From the IMG/VR virus record IMGVR_UViG_3300045988_106581: DNA of 64,000 bases. One strand, 5' to 3'. Source of the DNA: a virus. Position numbers and translations under genes: made by a program. Under the pieces are notes generated by a model that was not told the DNA's origin, did no database searches, and saw only the letters and a program-made list of their open reading frames with translations. Below, in pieces: positions 10,061 to 19,405 of this stretch. Positions within the stretch are counted from its first letter, which is position 1, and every line of letters starts with the position of its first letter.

Positions 10061-10363
10061 ACTCTGGTCACCGACAGATGACACTATATAAATACCCTGA
10101 TTCTCATACAATATAGCCTTTAGTAGAATGAAAACAGAACCTACAAAAGACTTACCAAAGTTTCGACTACACGCCCAAAGAACATGACTTGCATTCCAGC
10201 TTTGTTCCAGCATGTATGCCTGTGCGTCAAATAGTTGAATACCCAATAAATCTCTGGCCGCAATAACAGGATTACGCCGATAGAATGCAATCGTTGCCGC
10301 ATCACACTCGTAAATCTTACGTTTTACGGCAGTAATAATAGGCGCTCTTTGCTTCATTCTCAT
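10061..10363 (-). CDS. terL: terminase large subunit, exon 1 (Walker A)
   Basis: ...LWACSRNFGKSFVGSVFILLKA...IYIVSSVGDQS. After this point the ORF continues into intron sequence and stops. Confidence 0.75.
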
Positions 10364-11478
10364 ACGGCATCACCATCCGTATCTTTTACGCTTGCGTCAA
10401 TACCAGCATCTTCCAACAGTTCCTTGAGCCGCTGATTCTCGATAAGAGACAGCCTGTATTTTTCCTTAGCGTCATCACTTTCTTTCTGGAACTTATCAAT
10501 CAGTTCTCTTTGTGTATCGAAAATTTCCTGCATGTCATTTTCGTCAAAGAAAGCATTTTCCTTGATTGCCTTAACACTCATATCTGCCGCCCATTGAGTG
10601 CCCGGAGACCGTAACTGGTCGTAGAAATTTGCTTCTGCACCAGCAATATCCTTTTCACGCATATCCTTCATTAAGAATGTAAGCGTATTACGTCCGGCAT
10701 CCTTGTTAGAACGGTTCTTGACAGAAATCTCGTTTTCCTTGGCAATCTTATCGTTGTTAGAAACCAACTTGACCTTAATATCATTCAGACTCTTGATTGC
10801 TTCAGCCGAGTTCATCGGGTTTAAGCGGGCAATCTGCAAGTCAATTTGTCGAATTTGATTATTATTGTTCACAACCTGAACAATCTGGGATAATTTGAAC
10901 GGGTCGTCCTCAATACCATCCTCAAAATACTTGATGAGTTCGCTAAACAAATAGCGACGATCTCCCTCGTTATAACCATCAAATGGGTCGTACCCAATAA
11001 CAGAAATACAGTCATCCTTTGCTTGAATCTCAATCTTAGACCACTTCTGTTCTTTCTCTTCCTGAATGTCAACAGCCGTTTTATTCAGCTCTCCACTGGT
11101 AATCGTAGTACAGAAGTTTTGAAACTGAAACTGTTTGTTGTTTAGTTGGCGAAGATATAAACCTACGGAGAAATTATTATTATGAGACACAACCGAATCA
11201 AAAAGAGAATTGTAAAACGGGGCATCAAGAAGATGACACATTAAGATACAAGCAGTACGTTCGCTTCCATATCTTGTCTTAAATTCATCAAAAAGACTAT
11301 TCACGCACTTCTTACAAAGAGGCGCATAGCAGTCATTTGCTTTATAAAGTAAGCTATGTGGTAGTCGATAAAAAGTTCCTACCGGATCTTCTTTTTCATC
11401 ACCGCAACGACAACAATGGTAAGTTGGCTTGTTTGTCAGAACAATATCTTCTTCAACAACCTTTTTCTTTCTAGGCAA
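10360..11478 (-). CDS. putative terminase small subunit / DNA-packaging accessory protein (zinc ribbon plus coiled coil)
   Basis: Lies directly upstream of terL and overlaps it. GGAGG sits 7 nt before the TTG at 11478. It has a CxxC...CxxC motif and a coiled-coil C-terminus. The function is inferred from position only. Confidence 0.4.
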   Translation of the reverse strand: MPRKKKVVEEDIVLTNKPTYHCCRCGDEKEDPVGTFYRLPHSLLYKANDCYAPLCKKCVNSLFDEFKTRYGSERTACILMCHLLDAPFYNSLFDSVVSHNNNFSVGLYLRQLNNKQFQFQNFCTTITSGELNKTAVDIQEEKEQKWSKIEIQAKDDCISVIGYDPFDGYNEGDRRYLFSELIKYFEDGIEDDPFKLSQIVQVVNNNNQIRQIDLQIARLNPMNSAEAIKSLNDIKVKLVSNNDKIAKENEISVKNRSNKDAGRNTLTFLMKDMREKDIAGAEANFYDQLRSPGTQWAADMSVKAIKENAFFDENDMQEIFDTQRELIDKFQKESDDAKEKYRLSLIENQRLKELLEDAGIDASVKDTDGDAV

Positions 11479-11822
11479 ACAAACACCTCCATTCAAAATC
11501 AAAATAAAAGCCGTAGAACGTGCGCACATCCTACGGCAACAAAATACCCCGGCTCTTGCGCATCATGGAGAGGCCGTCGGGGTTAATCTAAATTAAGACC
11601 CATGACATTAGCTGCACTCGTATCATTGAGTTGCTTACTAACATAGGTCTGTTAAGCACAAAGTGATGTGATTGTGGTACACATTTTCAAAAGAGTCACA
11701 ATCACATCTATATCATCTATTTGGGCTTGCACCCTGCCAGCGAACCGGCATAATAATCAAAATAAACCTGCCGCCAGAGGGAGTTTAACTAACGGCAGGC
11801 TTGCAAAAGGGGAGATGCTGGG

Positions 11823-11893
11823 TGCGGGTAGTGGTGACGATCCACTCTATACTGGATTATGGGCCCAGCCAGCACACCGGCGCTGTCACCCGC
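11823..11893 (-). tRNA. tRNA-like, anticodon CAT (Met/Ile2), irregular T-arm
   Basis: Acceptor GCGGGTG/TACCCGC, anticodon arm CTGGG-CCCATAA-TCCAG. The T-stem has only 4 clean base pairs. Confidence 0.4.
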
Positions 11894-12022
11894 GTTATAT
11901 AGTCGGCTTGCTACACTATACATCGTGAACTGAAACCGATAACTCGAAACGTCACGTTATAATCGTTCTGTTTCTACAAAGACAATTCTTTATCTGCCAT
12001 TACAATTTAATTCAGTTGGCCT

Positions 12023-12097
12023 TGGCACGCCCACTCCGAATCCAACAGAGATAAGTGAGTTTAGAGCTCACCGTCTTAGGCATTAAACGATAGGCGC
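12023..12097 (-). tRNA. amber suppressor tRNA, anticodon CTA
   Basis: Acceptor GCGCCTA/TGGGCGT (with G-U pairs) followed by G-CCA. D-arm GTTT/AGAC. Perfect anticodon stem GTGAG/CTCAC with loop C-T-CTA-A-A (anticodon at 12062-12064). T-arm CTCTG-TTGGATT-CGGAG. Confidence 0.75.
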
Positions 12098-12102
12098 ATA
12101 AT

Positions 12103-12179
12103 TGGTGTATCCGGCGAGATTTGAACTCTGCGATACCTCGATTAAAAGTCGAGTGCCTTACCAGCTTGGCTACGAATAC
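12103..12179 (-). tRNA. tRNA-Lys (TTT)
   Basis: Acceptor GTATTCG/CGGATAC followed by A-CCA. Anticodon arm CTCGA-CTTTTAA-TCGAG. The T-stem has one bulged A. Confidence 0.6.
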
Positions 12180-12246
12180 ACAATAAAACCTACCTTTTAG
12201 CCGGTGGTAGGGAACCGGTATAATATAGGCCCTCCGGGAGAAGGAC

Positions 12247-12338
12247 TGGCGCTGCTGATCCGATTCGGACGGATGAATGGGTTTAACCATTGGTGGTGTT
12301 CAGGGCCACTGCGTTAGACCAGACTACGCTACAGCAGC
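12247..12338 (-). tRNA. type II tRNA with a long variable arm, anticodon probably TGA (Ser)
   Basis: Acceptor GCTGCTG/CAGCAGC followed by G-CCA. T-arm ATCCG-TCCGAAT-CGGAT. Variable-arm hairpin AATGG/CCATT. The anticodon loop CCTGAAC has C at position 33, which is unusual. Confidence 0.5.
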
Positions 12339-12404
12339 ATAATAACCCTACTTTCCTGTACAGCTACCTTTATATAAAGGTGTAGGGAATAGCCATACAA
12401 TCTT

Positions 12405-12482
12405 TGGTGATCCAGGTTGGAGTCGAACCAACGATGTTTCTAATGTCACGGAGTTACAGTCCGCTATCTTCGCCACTGGATA
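12405..12482 (-). tRNA. tRNA-Tyr (GTA)-like
   Basis: T-arm GTTGG-TTCGACT-CCAAC, anticodon arm GCGGA-CTGTAAC-TCCGT, encoded CCA. The D-arm is degenerate and pair 1-72 is mismatched. Confidence 0.5.
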
Positions 12483-12723
12483 TACTGACTCATATAAAAC
12501 AAGCATCCATCAAACCATCCGAGCTAAGTTGAATTGTTCTCGTGTTGATAAAACGCTTGTTTTAAACTTTAATGGTCCGCACTTACGGTGGCGGAACACC
12601 TGATGTTTTAAATCGCGCACTGACACGGCGCAATGCGATTGGCTTGGCATTTTGCTCCTCGAAGCTACTCTGCGTCTGACTTTACAGCTTATACACGGTT
12701 GCAACCAATGACCGCTTTCGCCA

Positions 12724-12794
12724 TGCCACCTACAGGAATCGGACCCGTATGTGAAAATTACAAATTTCCCATTCTACCATTAAATTAAGGCGGC
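12724..12794 (-). tRNA. tRNA-Thr (TGT)
   Basis: Acceptor GCCGCCT/AGGTGGC, anticodon arm GGAAA-TTTGTAA-TTTTC, T-arm ACGGG-TCCGATT-CCTGT. Confidence 0.7.
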
Positions 12795-12921
12795 ACATAA
12801 AATAACCCGTAGACATCCGCCTACGGGCATAGAAAAGGAGACAATAAATGATGTCCCAAAGCAGACCTTGCGGTCGTACTTCTTTTTTAATTACCCACTT
12901 ATTGGTAGGGTGTCACCGCTT

Positions 12922-13920
12922 TTAATTCAAACGCACAATATGCGTTTTACTCTCAATCAACTTTCCATCCTTGTCCTGATAGACAACAATGAAACCCTCT
13001 CGCTGCGGAGTGGTCAGTTTACCGTCTGCATACTCCATTTTTGAAGTATCACAACAACAGCCCTGCTCGTATAGATTGTACTTTCCAACAGAATAAGAGC
13101 CGACACGATGTACATGACTCATAACCAGCGAATCAAAATCAAGTCCAATATCCTGAAAATAGCGTAGCGCTTTTTCACTTGTTTTCAAAATTCCAGATGA
13201 GAATGCCATAGGATGACACAGAACAGTGCTTCCTATCTGGCTGTACCAACTGTCATTGTAAATGATTTCAATTCCTTCTGCGCTAAACACCTCAATCAAA
13301 GGATCATAATGAACCTTTGTATGAAGCTCCTTGTTATAATGGTTAAATCCATCAATAAGAATAAGTTCAAGTGCAGTCTTCGGCATTAAGGCGAGAAGAT
13401 CCTCGTCAATGTTCTTGGCAAGATAATTCTGGAAACGAATATCATGATTGCCGTAATTGACCACAACCTTTTTAGGCCGTAGCATTTCAATCAGGTCAAT
13501 CAAATACCGTCTTGCCAACAGAATTTCATCCATTGGACTTTGCCGATACACACGCGAAAAACGCGACAGGGCAGCGGCATCTACGCAATCTCCGTTTACC
13601 TGAAGGATATCAATCTTGCCAGCGTACTCACTAAAAGTCTCAATAGGCTTCTGGAATGGAATATGTAGATCGGAAATAGACAGAATGCAGGTTCCTACAT
13701 CTCTATTAAATAATGACTCCTGATACTGCATACCCGCACGGAATGCCTTAAAACGCTTGCGATATGCACACTCACCAAAATTCTTGCCCAACTCATCATT
13801 GAGCACCTTGGATGCACCATCCCAAGTCAACTCTCTAGCCAGAACAGCATTCCCGATTCTTACAAAGAAGTCATCGCTCGTTTCTTCTGGCCGTTTATTA
13901 TAGCAACCCATTGGCATCAA
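12922..13920 (-). CDS. calcineurin-like metallophosphoesterase
   Basis: Motifs SDLHIPF, NGDCVD, GNHD and SHVH occur in the canonical order. Confidence 0.65.
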   Translation of the reverse strand: MMPMGCYNKRPEETSDDFFVRIGNAVLARELTWDGASKVLNDELGKNFGECAYRKRFKAFRAGMQYQESLFNRDVGTCILSISDLHIPFQKPIETFSEYAGKIDILQVNGDCVDAAALSRFSRVYRQSPMDEILLARRYLIDLIEMLRPKKVVVNYGNHDIRFQNYLAKNIDEDLLALMPKTALELILIDGFNHYNKELHTKVHYDPLIEVFSAEGIEIIYNDSWYSQIGSTVLCHPMAFSSGILKTSEKALRYFQDIGLDFDSLVMSHVHRVGSYSVGKYNLYEQGCCCDTSKMEYADGKLTTPQREGFIVVYQDKDGKLIESKTHIVRLN

Positions 13921-14105
13921 GCCTGGTCGCCCAGCAGCTCATCAGAAGTAGAAATATTGATGGTGACTCCCTCAATACCATCCCACTTTGCCAGAGCTTC
14001 CTTCAGATTGAAGACATTCTCGCCATCCTTGGTAATCTCGGTGATAGTGCCCTCGGCAGTATCAATAATAACGTTCTTAAAAACAACACTCTTCTTAGCA
14101 ACCAT
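13917..14105 (-). CDS. YonK-like small protein (62 aa)
   Basis: The pattern ..TEITKDGE..F.LKE.L..W.G...VTI....DEL resembles SPbeta YonK as recalled from memory. Confidence 0.4.
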   Translation of the reverse strand: MVAKKSVVFKNVIIDTAEGTITEITKDGENVFNLKEALAKWDGIEGVTINISTSDELLGDQA

Positions 14106-14147
14106 AATTCTATTCTCCCTTATATTTTATTTCAATTTTGAAATGAT

Positions 14148-14882
14148 TTAGCGATTAAACTGAATCATATCCGCCCATGTACTAATCCATCCACGATGAT
14201 TTGTGTGAAGTTCACAAATCGCAGTTCTATCATGACCTCTAAAGTGTTCAAGATATGGAAGGAAACCACTGTTTTGCGGATTTTTGTACAAGTCACACTG
14301 GCCTGTATGACCGATTACGACAAGTTTACATGAATCCTTCAACCGGGTAATAACCTTCAAAAGATCACTTAGATAGAAATTCTGCGTTTCATCGAGCAAG
14401 ATTACTTTTTTGTCAAAGGTGATGCCGCGCATATATGTGTGAGTTGCACACTGAATATACGCACCATATTTCTGACTTTCAGGATTATCATCAACAATCA
14501 TCGCAACATTTGGATTAACGCCAATAGTCTCAAGTGCCTGATAAAGTGGTTCCATATACGGAGCACTCTTCTGTTCCTGCGTGCCTGGAAGATAGCCTTG
14601 CTTCTCTTCCTGTGTAGGAGAAACAATATATGCGATACCATTATATAGTCCATACTGAACTAACAAATTCGCCACACCGACAGCAATCGTAGTCTTACCA
14701 GTACCAGCACGGGCATTACAGAACACAACATCAATATCGGGATTCCAGATTGCGTCCCTAAAGATTTTCTGTTCAGGATCGAGCGTCATTCCATAAAAAG
14801 TAGGATATTCATCCAGATTCTGCGGGACATCCTTCTTCTTACGCATTTCAGTCTTATCAGAAGCCATATATTTACTCCCCAT
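14148..14882 (-). CDS. phoH: PhoH-like ATPase
   Basis: Walker A ARAGTGKTT, Walker B ILLDETQN and GHTGQCD. Confidence 0.7.
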   Translation of the reverse strand: MGSKYMASDKTEMRKKKDVPQNLDEYPTFYGMTLDPEQKIFRDAIWNPDIDVVFCNARAGTGKTTIAVGVANLLVQYGLYNGIAYIVSPTQEEKQGYLPGTQEQKSAPYMEPLYQALETIGVNPNVAMIVDDNPESQKYGAYIQCATHTYMRGITFDKKVILLDETQNFYLSDLLKVITRLKDSCKLVVIGHTGQCDLYKNPQNSGFLPYLEHFRGHDRTAICELHTNHRGWISTWADMIQFNR

Positions 14883-15505
14883 TAGTTAAACTCATCCACA
14901 TCATCGCAAATCTTATCTACGATACCAAAGTTGACCTGCTCATTAGCATCCAGATACCAATCCTTAGCCTTATTTTTGGTCATGGTCTTCTTATCAATAG
15001 TAGAGTGAGCCATAATATACTCACGCATCTTCACAACCTGCTTCTCATAGTAGTCCATAGCCATCTTAGACTGCTCGAAAGTACCCTGAGTACCGCCAGA
15101 GCCACTGTGAATCAGCGCGGTAGAGTGAGGCAGGGCGAAGCGCTTCTGACCAGACAACAACATTACAAGAGCAGCACTCATTGCAATACCTGCGTTGATC
15201 GTCCAAACAGGAGTCTTACTCAGCGCAACAACATCAATAAAGCTGAACATTGCATCCAGCTCGCCGCCGTAGCTGTAAATAAACAGCTTAATAGGCTTGC
15301 GCTGCTCAACAGGAGTATCCTTATCAATACGGTTATACTGCAGAATCTTTCGCTCAATTTCAATCAGAGATTGGTCAATCTCAAAGTCGATAAAGAAGAT
15401 GCGATCCTTCTCATCGACATAGAAATTCATCATCTCAGGAGAGGGGAGACCGCCACCATTCATCAGGTTGGTGATCTCTTCTGGCAGTTGAATTTCAAAG
15501 TCCAA
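14882..15505 (-). CDS. ClpP-like serine protease (S14 family)
   Basis: GIAMSAALVMLLSG (Ser), ALIHSGSGG (His) and C-terminal ..GIVDKI. Overlaps phoH through an ATGA. Confidence 0.65.
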   Translation of the reverse strand: MDFEIQLPEEITNLMNGGGLPSPEMMNFYVDEKDRIFFIDFEIDQSLIEIERKILQYNRIDKDTPVEQRKPIKLFIYSYGGELDAMFSFIDVVALSKTPVWTINAGIAMSAALVMLLSGQKRFALPHSTALIHSGSGGTQGTFEQSKMAMDYYEKQVVKMREYIMAHSTIDKKTMTKNKAKDWYLDANEQVNFGIVDKICDDVDEFN

Positions 15506-15531
15506 TAGTCTATACCTCGTTCTTTCAAAGA

Positions 15532-15711
15532 TTAGTAACGTGCGTTACGCTGCATCTGTTTCAACATCTTGACAGCGGCAATATTAAAAGGAAGCAACTC
15601 AAGATATCGAGCAGATTCTTCCAGATACCGCTTGTGACGGGTCTTTGCAATGCAAGCATGAGGGAAGACCTTTCGCACAGCCTTCGCTTCGGACTTAGTA
15701 ATTTCAATCAT
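15532..15711 (-). CDS. hypothetical small basic protein (59 aa)
   Basis: An internal ATG with a GAAAGGGTG SD within ORF 15532..15792. Confidence 0.4.
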   Translation of the reverse strand: MIEITKSEAKAVRKVFPHACIAKTRHKRYLEESARYLELLPFNIAAVKMLKQMQRNARY

Positions 15712-15820
15712 TAGGTAAAACACCCTTTCAAAATAAAATAGGTAGGAAGAAAACAAGCGTCCTCGCTCTCTCCCTACCATAACTTTCCGCACTGTGTTTT
15801 ACTCTATATATGTAAAATTA

Positions 15821-15836
15821 TAACGTATCTACGTTA
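15821..15836. promoter_or_regulatory. palindromic operator-like site TAACGT-N4-ACGTTA (copy 1 of 3)
   Basis: ATTATAACGTatctACGTTAAAATATTGC. The same extended sequence occurs at 55833 and 23206. Flanking TATAAT/TAAAAT hexamers are present. Confidence 0.5.
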
Positions 15837-15858
15837 AAATATTGCACTTTTTCACATT

Positions 15859-16614
15859 TCATAAATCAAACATTTTTCTATTTTGTGCGGTTTTCTCAAT
15901 ATTTACGTTTTTAGCGCACTTACGACAGTATTTTTGCCTACGTCCGGTGCGAGCAACCATCTTCCCGCAACAATCACACTTGATGTATTCTTTCCCACAA
16001 TACTGACTCCACAGAATGCCAGCATTCTCAAAATCGTCCACAAAAATCTCATGAGAAGAGTCCGGCTCCGCAATCAAAACATGGATATTCAAGTTGTCAA
16101 TCTTTTTCAAGCTTGCAAACCCAATAAAACCAAGATTATGTAACTCGCAAATCATCTCGTTCTGTTTTTTCTCATTCACGGATATGTTTGCCATCCTGAA
16201 AATATCAGCCGTATCTTCCGTAATCCAGTAGTTGCATTTTTCATTAACAGCAATATGGTATTTTGCCAGACACAGCATCGTGAACATCAGGCGTTGCATC
16301 TGCTTGCTTTCAAGTGCTTGAATCTTCTCTACCTCAGCCTTCGTAATGCACACACCATCAAGTTCGACCATAGGACGACCTTTAGCAGAAGCAATCGCTT
16401 TATCAATCAATTCTCTATCCAGAACCTTGTTGTATCCTTCAAAATGACGCAGCATATACTCGTTAAGCTTTTCTCTTACGTCATCCTTTGAGTATCCCTT
16501 ATAGAAATAGTATTTCGCAACATAATGCAAAACATGCCCCGCTTTCTTCCAAGGCACATCCTTCTCTAGCCACTCTTCAGCGTAAAGAACTTCATTCAAT
16601 ACAATCATCCGCAT
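15859..16614 (-). CDS. hypothetical protein with a C-terminal zinc ribbon (251 aa)
   Basis: ORF track. C-terminal CDCCGK...YCRKCAKN. Confidence 0.55.
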   Translation of the reverse strand: MRMIVLNEVLYAEEWLEKDVPWKKAGHVLHYVAKYYFYKGYSKDDVREKLNEYMLRHFEGYNKVLDRELIDKAIASAKGRPMVELDGVCITKAEVEKIQALESKQMQRLMFTMLCLAKYHIAVNEKCNYWITEDTADIFRMANISVNEKKQNEMICELHNLGFIGFASLKKIDNLNIHVLIAEPDSSHEIFVDDFENAGILWSQYCGKEYIKCDCCGKMVARTGRRQKYCRKCAKNVNIEKTAQNRKMFDL

Positions 16615-19375
16615 CCTCCTTGCTATTCATGTTAACCAACACATCCTTGAAACGCTTACCATCATATTCAATATCGCCATTCTCATCCTGCACAAGAGAA
16701 TGAATCATACCGTCATGGCGTTCTAACAAGCGTTTAATCAAAGTATCGTGAAATAGTTCCCAGACTATTGCAATACTGGATGCATTTTTCTTACAAAGAT
16801 CAAGCATGATGTCGCAAAGTACATCGTCATTAGAACACTTGTCATGAAGATTGCGGAACATACTTTCCTGATACAGCGCAATGCGCTCCCTGCGGTCTGC
16901 GCCGGTTTCTTTATTATTGTTTCCGTTACCAGAATGGATTGCGTTACCACGAGCAAACCTCAAGTAATCCTTAAAAATAGAGCGGATACCATAGTATTGA
17001 GAGCTGGTATACTCCACACCAGACTTGAGTGAGTCGTAATCAAACTTGCGCCTTATCTTGAGTTCTTCTTCAAAATCTTCCAGCTCGTCCTCAACAGTCC
17101 AGCACAGGCGGTTCATGGTACAAGAATTGATTCCGACCGGCATCCGATAAAGGTAATACTGGATAACCATTTCATCCACATCGTCCTTGACGGTCTTTTG
17201 CATAATCTCATCCAGACCGGCAAACCCATCCCACTTGATGCGCTTGCGAGCTGCGGCCACATACTGCTTGTAATCACGCATCTGGGCAGGGTAGATGTAG
17301 CTCATAAAGTACGGCTTACGCCATGCGCAAATACTACTCCAGAACTTCTTATCCTCGATAGTATCAGGATTATCATCGTCTTTAACGGTGCAAGCTTTAT
17401 TGTCGTACCAGTATTGCGGCATATCTGTCGTAGCTACGCCTTTTATTTTGTCAATCGCGTTCTGCTGATAAAGCTGTCCGCAGATAATGCGATACGTAAG
17501 TTCATCGTACTCTTTACTACCTTGCTCAAATTTACTTCGCACATCAAACATCGTTGTAATTCGGTTTGTTGTGCGTCCAATATTATCTCCAAATCCGCTG
17601 ATATTAGATTCAATAAAATCCTTTTCGGTCGGAACTTTTTTCTCGCATTTGCGCTGGACACAAAGAACGACCGGCTCATTTACCCATTTATCAATGAGAA
17701 CTCTATTGTCGGTAGAAAATGTAAGGTCGGCATCGAAATCTTCACCGTTAAGTGCTGCACACATATTATCCCACGCATTGGTGATAAACACGGACTTCAT
17801 ATAGCGATACCAGTATTGGCAATCATCAGATACATTCAAATTCATGCACCGAATATTTGCCATCTGACTCATAGGAGCTCTAAAACAAGCAACCCTCTTA
17901 ACGTCTCTATCATTCCAAAAACGACTGTAAACCTCACCGGCCTTCAATAGTCCGGTTACCTCCATCCGAAACATAGACTGGCAAAGCGCATATGGATCGC
18001 CACTCGCAACTTGAAAATTCCCTCGTACCTTTACAACACCCGTTTTTGCCTGAGAGATTCGCTTTTTAATAAAGTACCGAATTCGATTCTGCACATAAGG
18101 GTCGTTGATCATTTCTGGCTCAATCATAAGAGCCTTAATATAGTCGTTTTCCAAACTGTTTATGTAATTTGGGTCATCACGCATTCCGCTACCACGCAGG
18201 TACAACAGCGCATCACGCCAATCACCGCCCATAACGCCCTTAATCTCGTCTAAGGTTGGTTTCACAAGCTCACAAATCTCATCATTCGTAAGCTGATAGC
18301 TTTGGATAAACTGATAATTCAGATTGCGCTCCTCATCAAGCTCCAACTCACAAGTCTTGGTTACAGAGAAGTGATAGTGGTTCTCTCTACAGTTTTCAAG
18401 ATAGTCCTCACAACTATGGTAACTATCCCAGAGCTTTAGCATAGAGGTGCTAAGAACGACCTGAATTCTATTGATGTCGCGATAATCTCCCCATGCGTCC
18501 TTTAACATATTCTGTTTTGCTACCTTCTTAGCGAACTCACGAAAAGGGAAGGGGAATAACATACCTTTGCAGAACGCATTTCGCACACAGAAGCCAGACG
18601 CGGTGGATGGAAGTTTCAGATCCTCACTCCACTGTTGTGCAAGATCATAACTAATAAGTCCAAACCCATCATTCGCACACAGTTCACAATCATGTTCATT
18701 ATCTTCAACTATCGTAGGTTCTCCAGATACTCCGTCATCCAGAACAACAACATGGTCTTTAAAATGCGTATAACAGTCATCAACAACAAGCACACCATCA
18801 GGGTCAGTAACCGGAATAGAAGCAGAGCAGGCAAGCGCTCTATAAGCCTCTAATTTTGCAGGTACAAACTCCATTCCTTTATTACGGCCATTATCAATTC
18901 GCTTGCGGATTTCGTCAACAAGACGGTCACTCACAAACACAATCGTACTGTTTTTAACACCACCGGTAGTCCCAACCAGACGTCGATACGTAATTCCATT
19001 GATTTTAAATCCCTTGGGAGAACACGCCCGGCGGTAATCATTCTTCTTATCAACCACCAAACACATATAATCCGGCTTAAACTGAACTGCATCCAGCTCA
19101 GTGTATAATCTCCGAATCTCCCGGCGGTTCTCCAAGCAAGATGGTTCATTCCGCAGCATTTTGATTCTACGCTTGATACTCCGTGCTTTAGCCTCTGCGT
19201 CCGTAACACCATTCAACTCATCAATCCATCGTAGAACAGTGCTATCAGCCAACGAGATAATCTCGTGATTTCGTCTGGCTTCATCTAATGGTAGGGTTAA
19301 ATCCCATTTTGCTTCAACCAGACGCTTCGTATGGATCTTAAAAACAAACTTCTGGCAAGTTTGCTGCTTTGCCAT
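16592..19375 (-). CDS. YonO/RdRP-like single-subunit two-barrel RNA polymerase (927 aa)
   Basis: ACFRAPMSQMANI...ITNAWDNMCAALNGEDFDADLTFSTDN resembles the R.P...(hhh)..GGDxDGD..(F/Y)..WD catalytic loop of YonO and cellular RdRPs. All three Asp residues are retained and the Gly is replaced by Ala. Confidence 0.6.
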   Translation of the reverse strand: MAKQQTCQKFVFKIHTKRLVEAKWDLTLPLDEARRNHEIISLADSTVLRWIDELNGVTDAEAKARSIKRRIKMLRNEPSCLENRREIRRLYTELDAVQFKPDYMCLVVDKKNDYRRACSPKGFKINGITYRRLVGTTGGVKNSTIVFVSDRLVDEIRKRIDNGRNKGMEFVPAKLEAYRALACSASIPVTDPDGVLVVDDCYTHFKDHVVVLDDGVSGEPTIVEDNEHDCELCANDGFGLISYDLAQQWSEDLKLPSTASGFCVRNAFCKGMLFPFPFREFAKKVAKQNMLKDAWGDYRDINRIQVVLSTSMLKLWDSYHSCEDYLENCRENHYHFSVTKTCELELDEERNLNYQFIQSYQLTNDEICELVKPTLDEIKGVMGGDWRDALLYLRGSGMRDDPNYINSLENDYIKALMIEPEMINDPYVQNRIRYFIKKRISQAKTGVVKVRGNFQVASGDPYALCQSMFRMEVTGLLKAGEVYSRFWNDRDVKRVACFRAPMSQMANIRCMNLNVSDDCQYWYRYMKSVFITNAWDNMCAALNGEDFDADLTFSTDNRVLIDKWVNEPVVLCVQRKCEKKVPTEKDFIESNISGFGDNIGRTTNRITTMFDVRSKFEQGSKEYDELTYRIICGQLYQQNAIDKIKGVATTDMPQYWYDNKACTVKDDDNPDTIEDKKFWSSICAWRKPYFMSYIYPAQMRDYKQYVAAARKRIKWDGFAGLDEIMQKTVKDDVDEMVIQYYLYRMPVGINSCTMNRLCWTVEDELEDFEEELKIRRKFDYDSLKSGVEYTSSQYYGIRSIFKDYLRFARGNAIHSGNGNNNKETGADRRERIALYQESMFRNLHDKCSNDDVLCDIMLDLCKKNASSIAIVWELFHDTLIKRLLERHDGMIHSLVQDENGDIEYDGKRFKDVLVNMNSKEDADDCIE

Positions 19376-19405
19376 TCGGCAGTCACCTCCGTATTCTTCT
19401 AAAAA

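Noticed and set aside
12012-12704. ORFs 12012..12290 (-) and 12510..12704 (-) within the tRNA cluster.
   Set aside because: They overlap well-formed tRNA genes or tRNA-like structures. Their composition is Arg/Ser/Cys-rich, which is typical of translated structured RNA.
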